Positions 23,453 through 36,663 are shown, counted from the whole stretch's first letter. The stretch: 62,157 bases of DNA, filler included, from Rhabdomonas costata (GCA_019059605.1; 32 parts of 32 records of this genome joined end to end with filler, not necessarily neighbours in it); one strand, 5' to 3'. The notes: generated by a model not told the origin, from the sequence alone. Translations and numbers: made by a program.

Positions 23453-24863
23453 CGTAAACCCCTGCCCGCACTTCGCGCAATGGTACCGCCGGGCGGCCTC
23501 CAGGACTTTCCGAGCTCCTGCCCGAACCACCGTGCCTGCCACACTGACCAGCTTGTGGTGATCCGCTCCGGTCACCGCAGACACCGTGGCCCGGACATGC
23601 TGCGAAAAATGGATGTGCGCGTGACTCGCATTTCGCTGCGGGTTCGGAAAGTTTCGGCATGCTCCACTGGGACGAGGGACGAGCACCGCTCATGCATAGC
23701 GTTCGTTCACAGTTCAGTGGCGTCCGAAGGAAGGTGCACTTTGGAGGGGGTGGGACGTCATACTGTACACCGCTGTTATATGGTATATCGTAGTTAGGCG
23801 GCATAAAGTTGTTATAATGTCGGGCGCTGGCCTCCGCTACTAAAATAAAGAAGTCCCAATCGTCCACCAGAGCCCAGCCAGGAACAGTTTTTACCTTTGG
23901 GGAAAAACAAGTTTCTTTCTTTTTTCGTCCACTAACAACGCTATAAAGTTGAACGACGTCATACCGAAAAGCAACGTACGTTCCCGTTCAACAGCCCCTC
24001 CCGTCCCCCTCAAAGTGCCCTGGACCATAGATTGAACAGCGAGAATTAGTTCACTAATATTCTCATCGAAACGGAAACGAACCCGTCCTCGCAGAGACGG
24101 CCATTCCCCCCTTAATGTACTGAGAGCGGTGACGCCGGGCTGAAGAATTGGGGTTGAAGAGCAAGGGGTCTACTACAGAATGAGAGAAGACTTGCATTTC
24201 TTATGCGTGCAGGGCAGAACTCAGCTTGAGTGGGATATTTTGGGACTGACTGGCAAACTCTTCTGCAGATCCTGACTGTCTGCTAAGGGGTTGCAACGGA
24301 TGGGTGCATGACTGTGCGGGAAACCGAGCCCAAGGGAAAAAGATGAGCCCACTATCTTCACGACACGGCCTTCAAGATTGGAAATGGCAGTCAACATCCC
24401 GGCTTCAATTTCGGTCGGCATCGTGCCATACTTCATCTAATCTCACCTCCAGCTAAAGGGGAGCTATCCGATTTTCCATTGCTGCCGATTAAGCATCGTA
24501 GTCTTCGTGCGCATAATATTTTAAGCGTCCCGTGGTTCATCACATGATGTAGTGCGGCGAAATAGCTGGATGTGGTCGGGGTTCAGGGACATCTGGGGAA
24601 AGGGGAACCTCAGATTCCGGAGGAACATTGTGGAACCGCAGGTTGACTCGGTGTTTTTGGAAGACTCTCTCGCTGTCTCCTGCGTCGCCCTGCCTCGCTT
24701 GTGCCGCCCTGCAGAAGGCCTCAGCAAAAACCGGCCGCAGAGCCTGTGGCCGTGAGAGCAGGTGCTTCCCCAAAGCCGCGTCGAGCTGAAAAAGCCGCTG
24801 TACATCCACCGGGACAACCACAGGACACCCCAGGGCCTCATCCGCGGTGGGCGCGACCCATCC
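23453..24863 (-). CDS. MCM9: MCM9 helicase N-terminal region (exons 24863-24609, 23599-23453)
   Basis: PVVVPVDVQRLFQLDAALGKHLLSRP...VNLRFHNVP|...KLVSVAGTVVRAGARKVLEAARRYHCAKCGQGF shows an MCM OB-fold start plus a CxxC zinc ribbon, with MCM9-like KVLE..R.Y.C.KC. Confidence 0.82.
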
Positions 24864-25668
24864 CTGTGTGGACACCACACACACACACATCGGCCCCGGG
24901 CAGAAGGGAGGGGCTCCGAAAAGCAGCCTACTGGGGGGCAGTGAAACTAGTTAAACTTTTGATCCACGTCGGGGTAGACGTTTGACATGCCCTTCTCAAC
25001 AGCCCCAAACACTAGCAAAGTGCTGAGCCGGGGCCGATCATCTATCTCCTTATCTCCTCATTACTGAGCGTAATCATTTTTTTTCGATATTTTGTTATTG
25101 TTCCTCTCTTCAAACTGTACTGTTTTCCCGCACTCACGTTCTCCTCTTCTATTTGCATCTGTGCGGCTGTTGTGTGCGCCGTACTTTGGACACTGGACTT
25201 GTGAGGTTTTCTTTTCGATATTCATTTTACTTTCNNNNNNNNNNNNNNNNNNNNNNNNNNNNNNNNNNNNNNNNNNNNTTAATTAATTAANNNNNNNNNN
25301 NNNNNNNNNNNNNNNNNNNNNNNNNNNNNNNNNNCAACAGCAACAGCAGAAGCCAGCAGCATTGTTGAGACGCACGGTTCTCTCTCACGTCAGCATCACA
25401 GTTGTCTTGCCCATGGTGAACAGGTACTTCCACCAGCTGGAGCCGTACCACTGCCGCAGCATCTCCAGTGGCTTGTGAGGGCACCACACATTGGTGAGGT
25501 CGTACAACTGCGCAAACCCAAGCAGTAGGACGCCCCTTTTTTTTCGGCGCTTTCACTTGATGAATGTATTATTATTATCGGAATGCGCGGATATGCGAAG
25601 GAGCACGTTGCCAACTTTTGGAATGAACCTCTCCAATGTCCTTGACCCACACAACACGTCTGAGTTAC

Positions 25669-26732
25669 CTCGCAGCGCTGCAGCGGGAACATCAAGGGGT
25701 CCAGCGCGGAGATGTTAATCCGACGGCTGTTCCACACCCATACCTCGACGTGGGACCCGCCCTTGGTGCGCTTGCGGGTGTAGTAGATGTAGAACATGTC
25801 GCGGTGCTGCACCCCGTAGTCCGTCTGGGGGTCTATGGCAAACCAGTGCGGGGTGGTGTGGGTGTTGCGGAAGGCCTCCTTGAAGCGCCCCACGTCAGCA
25901 GGGGAGATGTACAGGTCGACGTCCGTGTCCCACCCAATGAACACCCCACGGTGCCGCACAGAGGCGAGCAAGGTGCCTGCACCCCCAATCCCCACCCTCA
26001 TCCGCAGATCAACGGCCATGGTGCAAATCCCACGGGTCACACGGGTCAAGAAATGCTCCACAAAATTCAAAGTTGACTCGGGAGCACTTTGATGTAACCG
26101 ATTCGTACAAGGCACTGGGGAGTTTGAGACAGCTATTGCGAAAAGCACACTGAGAGATTCTGATGCGGGAACTTCGGCTTCACATTATCGTTGACGGGTA
26201 ATGAGGCCCGTGTGTGGAAATTTGTGAATCTGTTGTGTGAACTAGGGTGCAGTGTGGGAGAACCGTCGCGGCACAAACTACCACAAAACTTGTAACATTC
26301 TATGCGTGGTACTGTCGGTCGATCATAATTATATGCATCGGTCCTGTTCTTCGTCCGTATAAATTATGTGCACTCGGAAAATGCCAAAGACTATGTGCAA
26401 TACATTGTGTTAAGGCGATACGCGAATGGGGAACCGAACGTTCGACTCAGCAAGAGGAAGGAAAGGCAAACTTGTCTCAAAGCAGAGAGAGAGTAGCAAA
26501 CCCATGCCGAGCCAGGGCCGGATCCCGACCTCCTCCATCCTCTTCAGAGTGTACCGCAGGGTCTCCAGCAGCCGCCGGTGCTCCACGCAGCACTTGCGGT
26601 AGGTGCGGTCGGTGGGATGGGCCGTCGTGTTGATCCAGGGGTGCTTCCACAGTAGACACTCCGGAACCACCTCGTCGCAGTCGGAGATGTCCACCAGGTC
26701 GTACTTCGCCCAGGAGGGGATCAGGGCCTCGC
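25669..26732 (-). CDS. LicD/fukutin-family nucleotidyltransferase, partial (exons 26732-26502, 25976-25669)
   Basis: Spliced motif PWLGM|GTLLASVRHRGVFIGWDTDVDL fits the LicD consensus GTLLGAxRHxGxIPWDxDxD. It is preceded by CCVEHRRLLETLRY. Confidence 0.88.
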
Positions 26733-28112
26733 CTTTTGGGATCCAGACAGTAAGTGAAGACTTACCTCTCACACATGCACGAGGGATAGTGCCGTGAAGG
26801 CCTTTGTGCATCGAGTGGACTTTCAGAATTTCTCCCGCTTCCTGGCCCTGGTCACTGTACGGACCATCCTTCCACCGCTCTGCGGACACTAAAAAGTCTA
26901 ATACAGCGGGCTTTAAAATGTTTCATCGTTTCCGGGGATTTCTGGGGGTTTCTGGGCAGCGAGGAAGCAACAAACCAGCGATTTTTCAATTTTAAAAAAT
27001 TTAGCAGAGCTATGAGGATTCTTGATTAGCCCCTGCAGCGAGTTTCTTAACCAAAAAAAATTTGATTCATGCGTACAGCAGTAAGTGATAAGACGAAATG
27101 GAATGTAACCAAACTCACAAATTTGACATAAAAATCGGAGGATGGGCCGCAAGGAGAAGAAAGGAGACTTCCCCCCCCNNNNNNNNNNNNNNNNNNNNNN
27201 NNNNNNNNNNNNNNNNNNNNNNTTAATTAATTAANNNNNNNNNNNNNNNNNNNNNNNNNNNNNNNNNNNNNNNNNNNNTTGTGTGGGGCGCTGAGTCACG
27301 AAGATCTTCTCTCAAAGCACTTGGAGCTTCGGCGAAAGCTCGCCGAGTGGAAGGTGCTGCCGGGAGAGAATGCGATTGGGAAGACCGAAGTGGCCTTCTA
27401 TGCAGTGGGTTTTTGTGGTTTCAATACACGAGGATACTTGTATCGAAATAGTCTAAAAGAAATGGCTGAAATGTCCATCCTTCTGAATGTCGACCAAAGG
27501 CACGGATTTTCAAAAAGAGTTGAAGGCAAGGGATGAAGGGAGAACAGCATGCACGACAATGTCGGTGATGTATGAAATGTCAAACCAAATGTGCGTGAAG
27601 ATTGCTGCTAGACGCGGGAAATTTTAGAGGAGCCTTTGCAAGCGGGAGACTGTGAAGGGTAAAATGACTTCTTGAAAATTGGCGCCACTTCACACTTCAC
27701 ACGCACCTGCTTTACCTGCCGGACGTCCCCCGCCCCCGGGTGTTCGTGGATATAGTTGTGTTGTAAGAAGAACAGTAACATAGGGGATGCCCGCACAACG
27801 GATTACAGGGCTGGCAGTATCGCAAAAGTAGTAAGCGGACGCCGGGCAAGCGACGCTCAAGCCGACCCTGCCTCTGACCCCGCCCAGCTACGTGGAAGGC
27901 AGGAGGGCAGCCCGCCCTGTGCACCATGTTTTTCTGCCACGCAGCACCGCAAGATCTGTGACAGCGCTCGACACCACCCAGCCCCGCTCACGTGCCACTA
28001 GCCCAGTCCCAACTCACCGTGAAGACATCCATCGCACAAAGCACAAAGCCCGTCCAGCTCAGCCGCCCCAATTCATCGCACTCCTTATGATTGCTTTTGG
28101 GCGTCTCCGTAG

Positions 28113-28244
28113 GAGCATGCCAAGGCGGTGGCTCTGAAGGACCGAGGGCAACTCACGTTGGCCACGGCACAGCTGGATGCCAACAGCAAGGCCCTGAAGC
28201 AGACGACCGACCGCTTGGAGGAGCGCGACAGGCAGCTCTCCGCG
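28113..28244 (+). CDS. Coiled-coil exon, hypothetical protein
   Basis: tag|EHAKAVALKDRGQLTLATAQLDANSKALKQTTDRLEERDRQLSA|gt, with GC3-rich codons. Confidence 0.5.
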
Positions 28245-29263
28245 GTGTCTATGTGACCTCCGCACATGTGAGGAGTGACACGCACACAATCTGCTGCATT
28301 GTGTGCCTCGGTTTTGAGTACCGGCAATGGGCTCTACGTTAAGGTGTGAGTATTCGAGCTGCGGAGGGGGGAGGCTGAGATTCCCGTATGAAGGGAACGG
28401 AAGTTTTTGGCGACCCCCCACAAGTGGATGTGTCGCAATCCCATTTCCCGGGCTGAAATCGCCACCGGGGGTACCCCTATCTGGCCCTAAAGGTCGGCTG
28501 GACCATTGTATGTCAGGGCGCCTATACCCAGTTCCCCGAGACCCAGTGTGGGTGCACAGACCGGGACTTGCAGGCTGGGTAATGGCGGGTTTGTGTGCAG
28601 TGGAGGAATCCCTCCCTGGCTCGAGTCCCCCTGGGGCCCGGTGCGGAAGCCCTGGACGTCCTATTGTGATCTACAGTGCTTGAATGTACCGGTTACGGAG
28701 AGAAAATTTGTAACTTGACTTGATGGGGATCGGGTAAACTGTGCCTTGCATCGCATCTTCAAGACAAGTTTGCCCTTCTTGTACTTCCAATGCAGTCAAA
28801 AATTGCCTGTCACTGGATTAAACGGACCAATGGGAAAACAGCGGGAAGTGGCATGGGCCTTTTATGACGTATGTTTCGTCTCACGGTACGCAGCATTATT
28901 AGGAAAACTACTCCCACTGATTATTATCCCTCCCCTCCCTCAAGGTTGCACATTGGAGTCGCGCTGTCTCCAAGCACCATGACGCCCAAGCTTCGGTTAT
29001 GGGGTGCCGGAATCACTCATTTCCGATTTCCGATTTCACACACCCCGCGCATCTAGCACCTATGCATGCGTGGCGGAGGCAGCCTCCTCCCCCCTTACTC
29101 CCTCCCTCCCCGCATTTTTGTNNNNNNNNNNNNNNNNNNNNNNNNNNNNNNNNNNNNNNNNNNNNTTAATTAATTAANNNNNNNNNNNNNNNNNNNNNNN
29201 NNNNNNNNNNNNNNNNNNNNNGGGTGTTTGTGGAGGGCACGGGGGAGGAGGAGGAGGCACGAC

Positions 29264-30388
29264 CTCCTTCATGAAGCTGAAGTCACTCTTCATTTTATCA
29301 CTGAGCCCACAGACGCGGATATACTGAGCAATGTAGAAGTTGTCCTGGTCAAACTTCTTGTCGTGCTCCACAACCATGGGCTGCCGGCGGTCCTTCAGAT
29401 CCCCGGCCTTCACCTTCTCAGGGTACTTGCGGCACAGGTACTCGAAGTACGTTGTCTGTTCACGTGTGGAGAACCAAACAGCGACGTTGGTGTATTCCTC
29501 TGATGTTTGAGTGGTTGTGGTTGCGTCCTCAGAGAATTTCCAGAGAACAGTTCGGATTCAAGAATGCCTTTCTTCTTTAGCCTGAACCGAGACTGTGAGA
29601 TTGGGCACTGTCCGTTTGTCATTTTCGCAGGAATTTTGCGGTTCGTGTTTCGAGGGACCACATATGGAAGCGCCAACTATCTACTATATGGTGCCAGGAC
29701 CCTACTCGAAGACCTTTGGGGAGGGACTGACAGGCGACTTCCCCATAACAACTGAGATCAAGGATGGGACTATCCCCAAACATTAATCCTCGTCAGGTCG
29801 CAATTATTGCGAAACCTCAAATGCGCATTCAACCGCGGTTCTAGGGAGCTCGCCCTATCCATTCTAGCCAGGTTTTTTGCCCTCGCCGCGGCAAACCATG
29901 CTGCGGCACAGCCCCCCCCCCCCGGAAACCACGACCCCGCGAGCTTAACGCTCTCTGGTTAACGCTCAGTGACTTCTATTCTGCTCATCTCCTGCCTGGG
30001 ATCCTCTGAACACCTTCTGACCACGGAGAGCAGAAACGTGGCGCCATTCCAATCACTCTTCGACGGGGGCACGGGACTTGAGGACCTTTTTAGACCCTTA
30101 TCTGCTGCTCTCTCAGGCTTTTACAGTCACACACATATACACATCGTATGGCATCTCTATCTGCGCAGCGAACGTAGGGAGAAGCCACACCATGTGTATG
30201 TGTGTAATGGAGACAGTAAGCAGAAGTAGGGGCCAGTGAGACCCCGCACCTTCTCGGGCTGGCCCTTAAACTTCCATTCCAGCATGTCGTCGGGAGTTTT
30301 GGAGGTGTCCACCCGCTGAATCAGGAACGACTTGTTGCTGTACATCACCACGGCGTTGCGGCGCTCCAGCTCACGGGGGTTCACCCTC
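29264..30388 (-). CDS. PIWI-like Argonaute, PAZ domain and start of linker 2 (exons 30388-30250, 29455-29264)
   Basis: AVVMYSNKSFLIQRVDTSKTP...|TTYFEYLCRKY...LKDRRQPMVV...CGLSDKMKSDFSFMKE parallels PIWI VLT.YNNKTY.IDDIDW...F.EYY...Y...I.D..QP.LV...TGLTD.MR.DF..MK. The intron is phase-0 GT-AG. Confidence 0.85.
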
Positions 30389-31999
30389 CTACAAACACAT
30401 CGCACGAGAAACGGGGGCCCCAATGCTCCGCCAACAAATCCGTACCATCCTTGGGTCCAGCCACTGGTTGCACAGAACCTCCAACCGCGAGAAAGACCGG
30501 CACTGATATCTTTATGCTTTAGTTTTGGGTTGCTTTATGACAATCACTTCTGCATCTTCTTACTGCTGTGGTCTGCAGTTTACTTTTTTTTTTCGCCTTC
30601 GTCACCACTATACATGCTTGTTTGTTGCACCTGGATGTTGCTCAGTTAAAGCCAGAGCAATGCCCGCTTCTATGAATGGCGATTTCTGCGTGAAGGGAAA
30701 GCAACATGTTTCGATCAAATCCTGGCAATCTATGATAGTCTCCCCACGTTATTGCAGCAGGGATGCTTATACGATGACCAAAAATCAACTCCGAACTTTT
30801 TATGAGTGTTAGAAACAGGGCAGGAACTCATAAAACGGCGGGTTCCAAATTTTTCGATCCAAAAAGCTATGTAAAGATAAACCACAGCAGACCTCTTAGT
30901 GATCATGTCGTAGGCCGACTCCAGGTGCATCACCCGGAAGCTGATGTCGATGTTAAGCATGGCACCCTTGTCCGCGGAAATTAGTTTGGCCCCTGCTGCA
31001 ATAACGTGGGGAGACTATCATAGATTGCCAGGATTTGATCGAAACATGTTGCTTTCCCACCACACNNNNNNNNNNNNNNNNNNNNNNNNNNNNNNNNNNN
31101 NNNNNNNNNTTAATTAATTAANNNNNNNNNNNNNNNNNNNNNNNNNNNNNNNNNNNNNNNNNNNNGGTTGTTGGTGACAAAACTTTTGTTGCGAGTTTTC
31201 TCTGCTTTATCTGAACGAGCATACGAGTATCCTCTGTGGTTTTCATTTCGCGGTTTTCCAACACCGTTCCGCTGTTGGCACACAAAGCGATTGCAACCGA
31301 CCCAAATGTCGTTTTCTACCGTGGTCCTATTGCAAACACTCGACCATTCCATCGATAGCATTTGCTGTCGGAGCACTGTAGGCACTGTCAGTGTCGGAGC
31401 GATTATCAACGCAATCCTTTCCGTCAGGTGGTTTTCGTGTGAAATCGTTTTGTTCCAAGATAGGTGCTGCTTGGACTTAGTTTGTTGACTTTGTGAGACC
31501 ATGGAGGTCATTGCCGCCCTCGTCCGTTGGTCCGCACTCTCAGGTTTTCTACCCACGGGGCAATTTGAAATCTTAGGCAACCCCCTTTTTTCTTCACTGA
31601 AGAGTCCAAAAACAATCCTTTTCGCCACAGGTTTTCCACCTTACCCTGCCACCAGAGACCAAATACTCGAGAGACAGGCACTACCCAACTGTGTGGCAAT
31701 GACAGCAGAATACCTGACGGTTACTGCATGGCTCGCCAAACGTATGTAATGTCGGATTCAGTGCACAATCTTGATTGAATCTGTATCACATGTCACTGGT
31801 GACATCAGTTCTCCAGATTTTGGTGGCTGTATGTTACCGTGTTGCCAGGCGTACATTCTCATGCTCGCTTGGATCACTTATTGACAGATCTTGACGTCTT
31901 CTGCGAAGGATGGAAATGGAGATCTGCTTCCAGGTGGTTTGCACACCCGTTGGAAATTTAAAGGGATACACGAAGGCCTAGAGCAAAATAGTGACCAAG

Positions 32000-33012
32000 A
32001 GGCCCACAGCAAATACAAAACACACCAACCTCAGAGACTACGACAGCGACACCCAACAGCAATACCTGCAATTAAGGAGACAGAACCCAAACACACACAC
32101 ACACACACACACACACATCAGCAACCACAAGGCCAAGCACAATCAAAAGAAGCAACATAACGGCACACCAAGAGAGCAAGAAGGAAACAAAACTGACAGC
32201 AAAACCACTAGAAGACACAACACATATTGACACCGACCAAGCACCAGTATTGACACCCTCACTCACTAACATGAGCTCCAAAAACACGAATAAAAGACCC
32301 ATACCAAGAAGCAGACACGCCAACACACAGCAGACCCATGGCGCGCGCGCACAAGTACAAACAACATCTACCTCAGATGCAACACCCATAACCACAAGTA
32401 CCAACAAGACCCAACGCAATCTGAAACAACGTACGAACACAACACATTCCACTCCAATACCAACACAAACACTAACATGTACACCAACTCAAACTCCAAC
32501 TTCGACGAAAGTTGCATTGCTAAAAGACACATTGTTTCACAACACATACCTATAGAAAAAGAATAAGCACGCAGTGAACCCAAGGACACTACAAACTATT
32601 GCATAGATGTAGACACAACTGAAGACACTCCACGCAAATAGATACACTACCACCACAGCAAAACACCCGACATCATACATATTGATAAGAGCAAGCTTAG
32701 GTGGACAAGTAGAATCACTCTGAGCAACACTGCAACCCGAAACAACCACCACCGCACCAGAAGCCAAACTGCGCCCATTCTGAGCAAAACCACCATAAAA
32801 AAGCACGCACAAAAACACTAATAGCAAAGCCTTCAATAAAGCTTGACCAATCAGAAGCACTAAAACCACCAAAGCAAACACACCACACCCATGTACTAAC
32901 TAAGCACCATTATTACACGAAGAACCGCACTCCAACACCCACAGTCCACACCACACAGAAACGCAGATGTACACACCACTACCACAATCAACGCAGTATG
33001 CACCAACCACCC
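32000..33012. repeat. A/C-skewed low-complexity tract including (CA)n at about 32091-32116; a similar tract lies at about 40440-40785
   Basis: Strong depletion of G and T on the + strand. The ORFs here are compositional artefacts. Confidence 0.7.
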
Positions 33013-33337
33013 NNNNNNNNNNNNNNNNNNNNNNNNNNNNNNNNNNNNNNNNNNNNTTAATTAATTAANNNNNNNNNNNNNNNNNNNNNNNNNNNNNNNN
33101 NNNNNNNNNNNNGGTTGGGTTGGAGTCAAAAGGCTAATCTTGTGATCTTTTGATCTTTTGGGTGAGGTAACCATAAACCCAAGCTTTGGAGGGCCCACCC
33201 TGGGGGATTTCATGTGCACCTTCTCTCTTTCGGGTTGTTCACCAATGCCAGACCTGCTTTCTCTCCCCCCGCGACAGCGATGTAAAATGCAATCAAAACA
33301 CATGATAAAAAGGAGGCGTGATGAGACAAACGCTCAC

Positions 33338-34298
33338 CAAGTTCTCGGCGGCTTTGAGCATATCCTTGGCGTTGGAGACCGCGGTGGCCTTGCCCGCCTC
33401 GTTGTTCGCATGGTCCGCTTTGAGGAACTGCGCCAGCACACGGATCGCCTTCAGTGGGGCAGAGGTGGCGGTGCCCAGGTCGTCAATGACTGTAGCCACG
33501 GACGCAATAACAACAAGGAACAGCAAACATGGTGTAAGAAGGTATCTGTACAGTCTGAGATGCAACACAGCTCTGAATATTCTCTTAATCCAGCAACAGA
33601 ATCCCAGACTCGGGAGAAAGTGTGTACGCGATCTGCAAAGTAAGACATCCGGAAACACAGGATGGTCCGAGAGGTTTTCAGACGGGCTGTGGACACACCA
33701 ATGTCGTACTGCGCCATTCCAACGTGAGCCTTGAACACCAGGATGTCCCGCTCCCCCAGCACGGCGTCGTTCTCGTCCTGCTTGCGGTAGGGGTTGTACT
33801 TCACTCCGGCCCCATCGCTGATAACCTGGGGGGAGGGGGAGGGCACACCCAAGCAATGGATCTTCACCCCGAAAACAATTCCCAACAACCCGCTGAAAAT
33901 ACCCAGCTCTCATGGTCTCTCATGGTTCGCTCAGCCTCTGCACGGCAAAAAGTACACTACTCAGAAGCATGCACCATCGACATTGCCCAATAGCTGATGG
34001 CCCCGTGTTCTCAAATTTCAAGTTGCAATCTTATTTTGATCCCCTCTCGCCTTTCTGCTTTGCTCATCGTTGCCGATTTTGCAGCAGCCAGCGCACCCTG
34101 ACTGCAGATCTTCCCCAGGCAAAACCCATCTTCGTTTTCTTCCAGTGCGGTAATGACCGAAAAACCTTTGTTGTGTCATTGCTCAACCCGTCAACACATA
34201 TTAACTAGCAATCCCAGACAACAGGAAGGGGAGGGGGCGACCTGTCCATAATTCCCCAGAACGAAGGCATTCCTAATATCGTAGAGCTCGTCAGCCAT
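33338..34298 (-). CDS. COPE: Coatomer subunit epsilon, 5' part (exons 34298-34242, 33825-33699, 33489-33338)
   Basis: MADELYDIRNAFVLGNYGQ|VISDG...ERDILVFKAHVGMAQYDI|VIDDLGTATSAPLKAIRVLAQFL matches the epsilon-COP N-terminus. Exon lengths of 57, 127 and 152 nt keep the frame. Confidence 0.93.
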
Positions 34299-36374
34299 TC
34301 TATTGAAAGAGAAACTCCGTCAAAAAAAATAACTCAAAAAAAGCGGGGGTGGAGCTCACCAGCTCAAAAGCAGGGGAGCAAGAAGAGAGCAATAGTGGAG
34401 AGTGATCCAGAAAAGAGGGCTGTGTGGTTGGGTGGGTACTCGGGAGGGTACTGAGCAGAAACACCCATATAGGACCCACACGTATTTCGGTCCCACGCAG
34501 GGCTGATTTAGCTGCACTGCACCAGAGCGCGGAGCAGCCACAATTTCTTAACTTTCATATTCGATTGACATCAAAATGGAACTGCGTGAATGGACGTGCC
34601 TCTCGGCGCCCAGTAAGGGCATGCAACAGAATTGCAAGGGCACTGCCATATAACGTTGCGAATCGCCTCCCACAGGTAATTTCGAGATACACTTGCACCT
34701 GCACAACCAAACTCTGTTTCTTCGATGAGCAAGGCTCAATACGTATCCGCCACTGAATGGGACCTCTCCATCGTGCACCAATATGATGAAGAGCTTGGGC
34801 GGTACTCCTTTCTTCAATGGGTAGCTCCACAACCTCTGCTCCGTCAGAGTCTGACAATGCGGGCAAACAAACGTTTGCACATATGCACAAGTACTCTAGC
34901 CAATTTTCCTGAGGAAGCCTCCAGCTATTCTTCTCCCTGTGCCTGCCCCAACCACCNNNNNNNNNNNNNNNNNNNNNNNNNNNNNNNNNNNNNNNNNNNN
35001 TTAATTAATTAANNNNNNNNNNNNNNNNNNNNNNNNNNNNNNNNNNNNNNNNNNNNGGGGGGTGTGGGGGACGTTCCGTGGGGTGGGCGATGCTCCGTTT
35101 TTCATTGCTAAAACGTTTAGTGGTGCTAAACGTCCGGATCGGACACATTTTTTGGGATATTAGCTTCTGGGCTCGGGGGTTAGGAAAACTGTGTCCTCTA
35201 CCTGCAAGTGCATTTATTACAAAGCTGCTCCAAATCTGCCAGGATTGCTTCCAGCGCTGAAGGAACCTGCGGTGGAGAGTCGGTGGGCTGCAGCCGGCGC
35301 TGGATGTGTTTGCTCTGACAGGCATCGAAAGGTGTCCCTGGGGAATGGAGGCTGCATCCAGGTGGCGTAGTCGTCCCCAGCGATAAACTTCTTCATGATG
35401 GCCACGAGATCCTCCGCCAGGTGCGGATTGAGCGACCTTGGAAATGCACCCGAGCTCGCTCCAGAGCAGAGGGGTGGCTGTCAGGGTCAATTGGTAACGT
35501 CATCGTGACAGTGCCACGGTCGGCGGATGAAAGCAGCATTGTTGAAACAATGTTGGAAGCCCTGAAAAAAGTGCGCCCAAGTGCCGCACATTCAGAGCAC
35601 GCACCAATCATAAACCGTGCTCACGTGGATGGGAAGGAGGTTGCCGAAAAAGGCGTATAGCGTACTCCGATTTGCCCCCCCTCCCTGAAAAAACAGAACC
35701 GCACCGCGAAAAAAACCGGAAAACTCAAAAAGTCGGCGGTTTCTTCAAGAGCAAAAAGGCCCGAATGGCGAGAAAACCACATGGCTGGCTTTGGGTCCGA
35801 TGCATGTTTTTTTGTGGGTCCGATCTACCGCAGCCGCCAAATGGCCGGAATCAAATCCGAGAGCTCACCACACGCCAGCGCGCAGGCAACCGCGTATTCA
35901 GTCCGTCCGCGTGGCAAGTACACTGTAGGTAAACGCACAGATCATAAGCATGCATACATTTATCAAAATATCGTTAATATCACAACCACATGTATATGCG
36001 GCAGCCTTACTCCATTTGTCACACGTTGCCCCCGAGGCGGCCTCGTGGGATACTCACCCAGGGGGGTTAACCGGTTTAACGACGTTAAACGATAGTATTC
36101 ATACCTATGCTGGTAAGCTTGGCCACCAGAAAACCCCCCTCGCGTGTGCCACTAAATCAACTCTGTACGTTGTTTGGCAACTTCTGGGAACCATTCATCA
36201 CCGTTCCCAGGTTAATTCACCAAAGTCAACCTCTAACACAGCATAAAAGATCAGTGCTGGCACACCGGCGTGCAGGTGGGCCGACGGTTATCAAAACCCA
36301 AGCCCAAAGTAAATCAAACATATAGCAACGCCCTTCTAAGCCTGTGTAAAGGCGAAAGGTGGTGGTGGTGGGGG

Positions 36375-36523
36375 GGGCTCGAAAACACCCCAAAATTGCT
36401 CTTAAATGGCCTCTAGCGTGGCTCTAAACAGAAGCATTCCGGCCCACTCCGGTGCCAGCATGCAGTACTCCTGGGCAATACCCTTAGGTGTGCTAAGCAG
36501 GCCTGGCTGAAAGCTTAGGCTCA
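36375..36523 (+). repeat. Dispersed repeat segment A (second copy at 45683-45829)
   Basis: Colinear shared blocks, e.g. GAAGCATTCCGGCCCA(C/T)TCCGGTGCCA and AAAGCTTAG(G/A)CTCA. Confidence 0.9.
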
Positions 36524-36588
36524 TTTAGCAGGCCTGCAAAGGGCCAAATAGTGCATCCCAGGATCTTCGAAAGTCGAAAATGCCCTGA

Positions 36589-36663
36589 CCGGTCCGGTCC
36601 GGTCCGGGGTGACCATGGTGTCACCTAGCAAATAGGGTGAGGATTTGGGCCGAAATAAGTGGT
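36589..36663 (+). repeat. Dispersed repeat segment B with (CCGGT)n (second copy at 44560-44654)
   Basis: (CCGGT)n-GTGACCATGG-..TGTCACC.AGC.AATAGGG.GAGG.TTTGGGCCGAA.TAAGTGGT occurs in both contigs. Confidence 0.9.

Noticed and set aside
23394..23467. Perfect 23-bp inverted repeat at the MCM9 exon/intron boundary
   Set aside because: It mirrors coding sequence and sits at the contig end next to the primer footprint, as expected for a WGA fold-back chimera.
29411..30255. 9-nt direct repeat GAGAAGGTG apparently flanking an intron (introner-like TSD)
   Set aside because: The true acceptor is at 29456, because the PAZ motif TTYFEYLCRKY must be exonic. The repeat simply reflects PEK occurring twice.
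30695..31058. 68-bp perfect inverted repeats around a 228-nt spacer (MITE-like)
   Set aside because: The second arm ends at the contig terminus, the identity is perfect and no TSD can be seen, so an amplification inversion is more likely.
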